DNA from: Mobula hypostoma
Taxonomy: Eukaryota
Assembly: GCF_963921235.1 (NCBI RefSeq)
Contig: NC_086108.1
Span: forward strand, 27,034,001 to 27,098,000
Reading direction: 5' to 3'
DNA length: 64,000 nt
Shown in pieces: positions 61,466-64,000 of this stretch. Made by a program: the position numbers and the translations under genes. Below the pieces are notes generated by a model. It worked only from the letters and a program-made list of their open reading frames with translations, had not been told where the DNA came from and did not search any database. Each line of letters opens with the position of its first letter. Within the stretch, counting starts at the first letter, position 1.

Positions 61466-64000
61466 TGAACAGAAACTCTTTGGGTTGGTGCAATTGTTTA
61501 TCACGCTCTCCTGCCATGGTCAATGAGAAAATATTGTGCCTTGTCTTGTTCAATTCACTTACTAAGTGATTTGTAGCATCAGATAAATTAGGTAGAAGCC
61601 AATTCAGATAGTTCACCTCCTTTTTCATAGGTTGTCTGTTGTTTTCATCATGTCATTGAACACTTTCACCTTGTCTTTGCCACCCTAACCATCTTGTCAT
61701 CAGTATTATTCATTGAAAGAGATTGCATTCACTTTGAGCTTCACAACTGCCCAGAAACAGGATCTATTTGTGCCAGGTCTTTTTAATGCACAGTTCATGC
61801 ATGAAACATGCTTTTCATCTGTTTCTTAGAGTTTCATCCCACTTCCTGCTGAAATTGAACTGGTCACTTCTTACTGTTATTCAGCCTAATGCACGTGTCG
61901 TAAGTGACCCTTCGCCTCGCCTCTCATTTCACACGGGGAGAAAGCACTGCCTGTAATTCTCTGCAGGACTTTCAGTACAGAGGGGACTGTGAACTGGTGA
62001 AGCTGCTTCACAGACATCACAATCTGTGGGCTCATTGTGCTGCTGATTGCAGGGGCTTGGGAATAATTCAAAGCCACAAAATGTTATCAGGTGAGCTTTA
62101 TAATCAAGGGATTCTCCCTGGAAGACTCAAATGCCATTACACTGCTCCCACCCTTTTTCCCCTTACTCTTTACCCGTTCCTCTGGGTCAGTGTGAAGCTG
62201 ACATGGCTGCTCCCTGCCAAGGAAGCAAACAGGAATAATGATCCTGAAGCAAGAACGTCCTAATTTCACGTTTTATCTTTATGTGACTGCAAATGTCATT
62301 AACTGCTTGACATAGCACCCACTTAATGTACTTAAAATGTCTAATGTTCATTTTTTTAAAAAATTTAGTCTTTTCAGAACTGTCCATGCTCCTGTTTGTT
62401 CTCTTCCCAAATCAGAGCATCATCTGCATCAACTTCCACTCCTTTATGTGACATTAAAGCATCTGTGACATTATCAGTTGTAACATTTTGGAACTGCATT
62501 GATCCCAAGTGATATTTTGATGTACATAGACCTGCCAGAAACACAATTAAATATGCACAACTTTAATGAATCTTGATTAGTTTCACAGCCATCCATCACA
62601 ATCTGTCACAGATAGTTCGACATTGGGCAAGCTAAAGGTTTTGGCATTTAAAAGAATTCTTCCTGAGACTCAATTGATTAATGTTCGCTATTGATGGTTT
62701 TATTTAATTCCGTAGGGTCATGATATATTACCATCACATTCATCAAAACAAAAATTCAACTTCTGTCCAACTGCTTTTCCAAAGCATGAACTCTTTGTGG
62801 TGTCCATTTGCTCCGCGACACATTATCTGGATGTGTAGTCACACACTGAACATCCCAAAGCTGTACTGGTAAGTTAATTTACGGCTGTAAATTGTCCCCT
62901 AAAGAAGGTGATCAAAAGGTGCAGATGAGCACTTGAGAGCAAGAACAATTTGCAGAACTTGGGGAAAAAAGAAGAGAAACAATATCTACTGCCCTCATTA
63001 AGCATGCGAACACAGCTATGCAGCAAGCTAAGCAAATTCTCAAAAATTACCTAAGATGGAAACTTCCTTCATTGGTTTTTAATGGGATCACTCTGTGAAA
63101 CTGCAGAGAGTTAAGTAAATAGAGTTAAATTCAATACATAATCTTCCATCATCTGAATATACTAATACTGTTGATTATTTTCACAACCATTGTTAACCAA
63201 GATAGTATATGTACATATGCAACACTCCATAACGATGCATTATAAACAAGAGTAAACTTGCAGCAAATAGTTAAACTTAACCATATTACTTCCTTCAAAA
63301 TATATACTCTAAATATTTACCAATGTCAGCAAACACCTAAGACTCACAGATATCACAGTTTCAAGGGCAAATAAGGAGTGGAGGAAGATATACTATATCC
63401 TTCCATCACGTGCTTCAAATCAAAATAAAGACTACCCTGCACAGGAAATGATATGAAAGACAGGAAATGTTGCTCATACAAGACGAAAGGCATCTTTAGA
63501 GGCCAGGCCAAAATGGAACTAAAGGAACTGTTTTTCAGGGAACCAGTATGGCTTTAACAGGATGAATGATCTCCTGTGTCATTGTAAGTAAAAGATTTGA
63601 TAAAAACATTTTTAACTTAGAGTAAAACTTCGATTAATTGAAAGGCTTGGGTGTCGGCTAACAGATTTTTCAGGTTACTGGACATTACCCCAACTAATAA
63701 AGCAACATGCTTTTGTTTCACTTCTTTTAGATATTACACAGGAGAAAAATAAGATTTTCAGTTTAATAGGAGTGAGAAATAAATAAGTATTCTGAACTCC
63801 AGCTGCTGCTGTAAACCCATTACCATCCCCTCCCCCCATTCTTGACGCCTGGTATTATTTCAAAGCAATATAACATTTATTTAAAAACACTTCAAAGCTT
63901 GTGGTGTGCAGTGCCTCAGATCCCTTATCTCAAGTCATCAGATTCATTGGTGAGTCTAGTGATGGGACTGGGGCTCAGAGCCCTTTAAACTTGACTTCTG

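Noticed and set aside
1..64000. CRISPR arrays, prokaryotic operons, rRNA
   Set aside because: No regularly spaced repeat-spacer structure or gene-dense organisation; all repeats are explained by eukaryotic transposons.

Overview
Repeat-dense vertebrate genomic DNA, most likely from a cartilaginous fish (ray/shark-like CR1, V-SINE and Rex1 families; this is inference from repeat content). I found no credible host protein-coding exon. Every convincing ORF is transposon-derived: CR1 LINEs (one near-full-length with esterase ORF1 and APE/RT ORF2), a Rex1/Babar RT, a HERO-clade RLE fragment, an L1-like 3' fragment, two decayed Gypsy LTR elements, a solo LTR, an internally deleted Buster-type hAT transposon with two tiny related MITEs, and several SINE and RTE-derived non-autonomous families. 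Many of these are nested, and the nesting can be ordered from target-site duplications (TSDs). The most striking structure is a set of five palindromic Penelope-like (GIY-YIG) insertions. Each consists of two 3'-end fragments joined head-to-head, with a minimal type I hammerhead ribozyme motif near each outer end and a 14-15 bp TSD bracketing the whole palindrome. A few repeat-free, homeodomain-site-rich stretches look like candidate conserved non-coding enhancers. Boundaries of old, degraded repeats are approximate.
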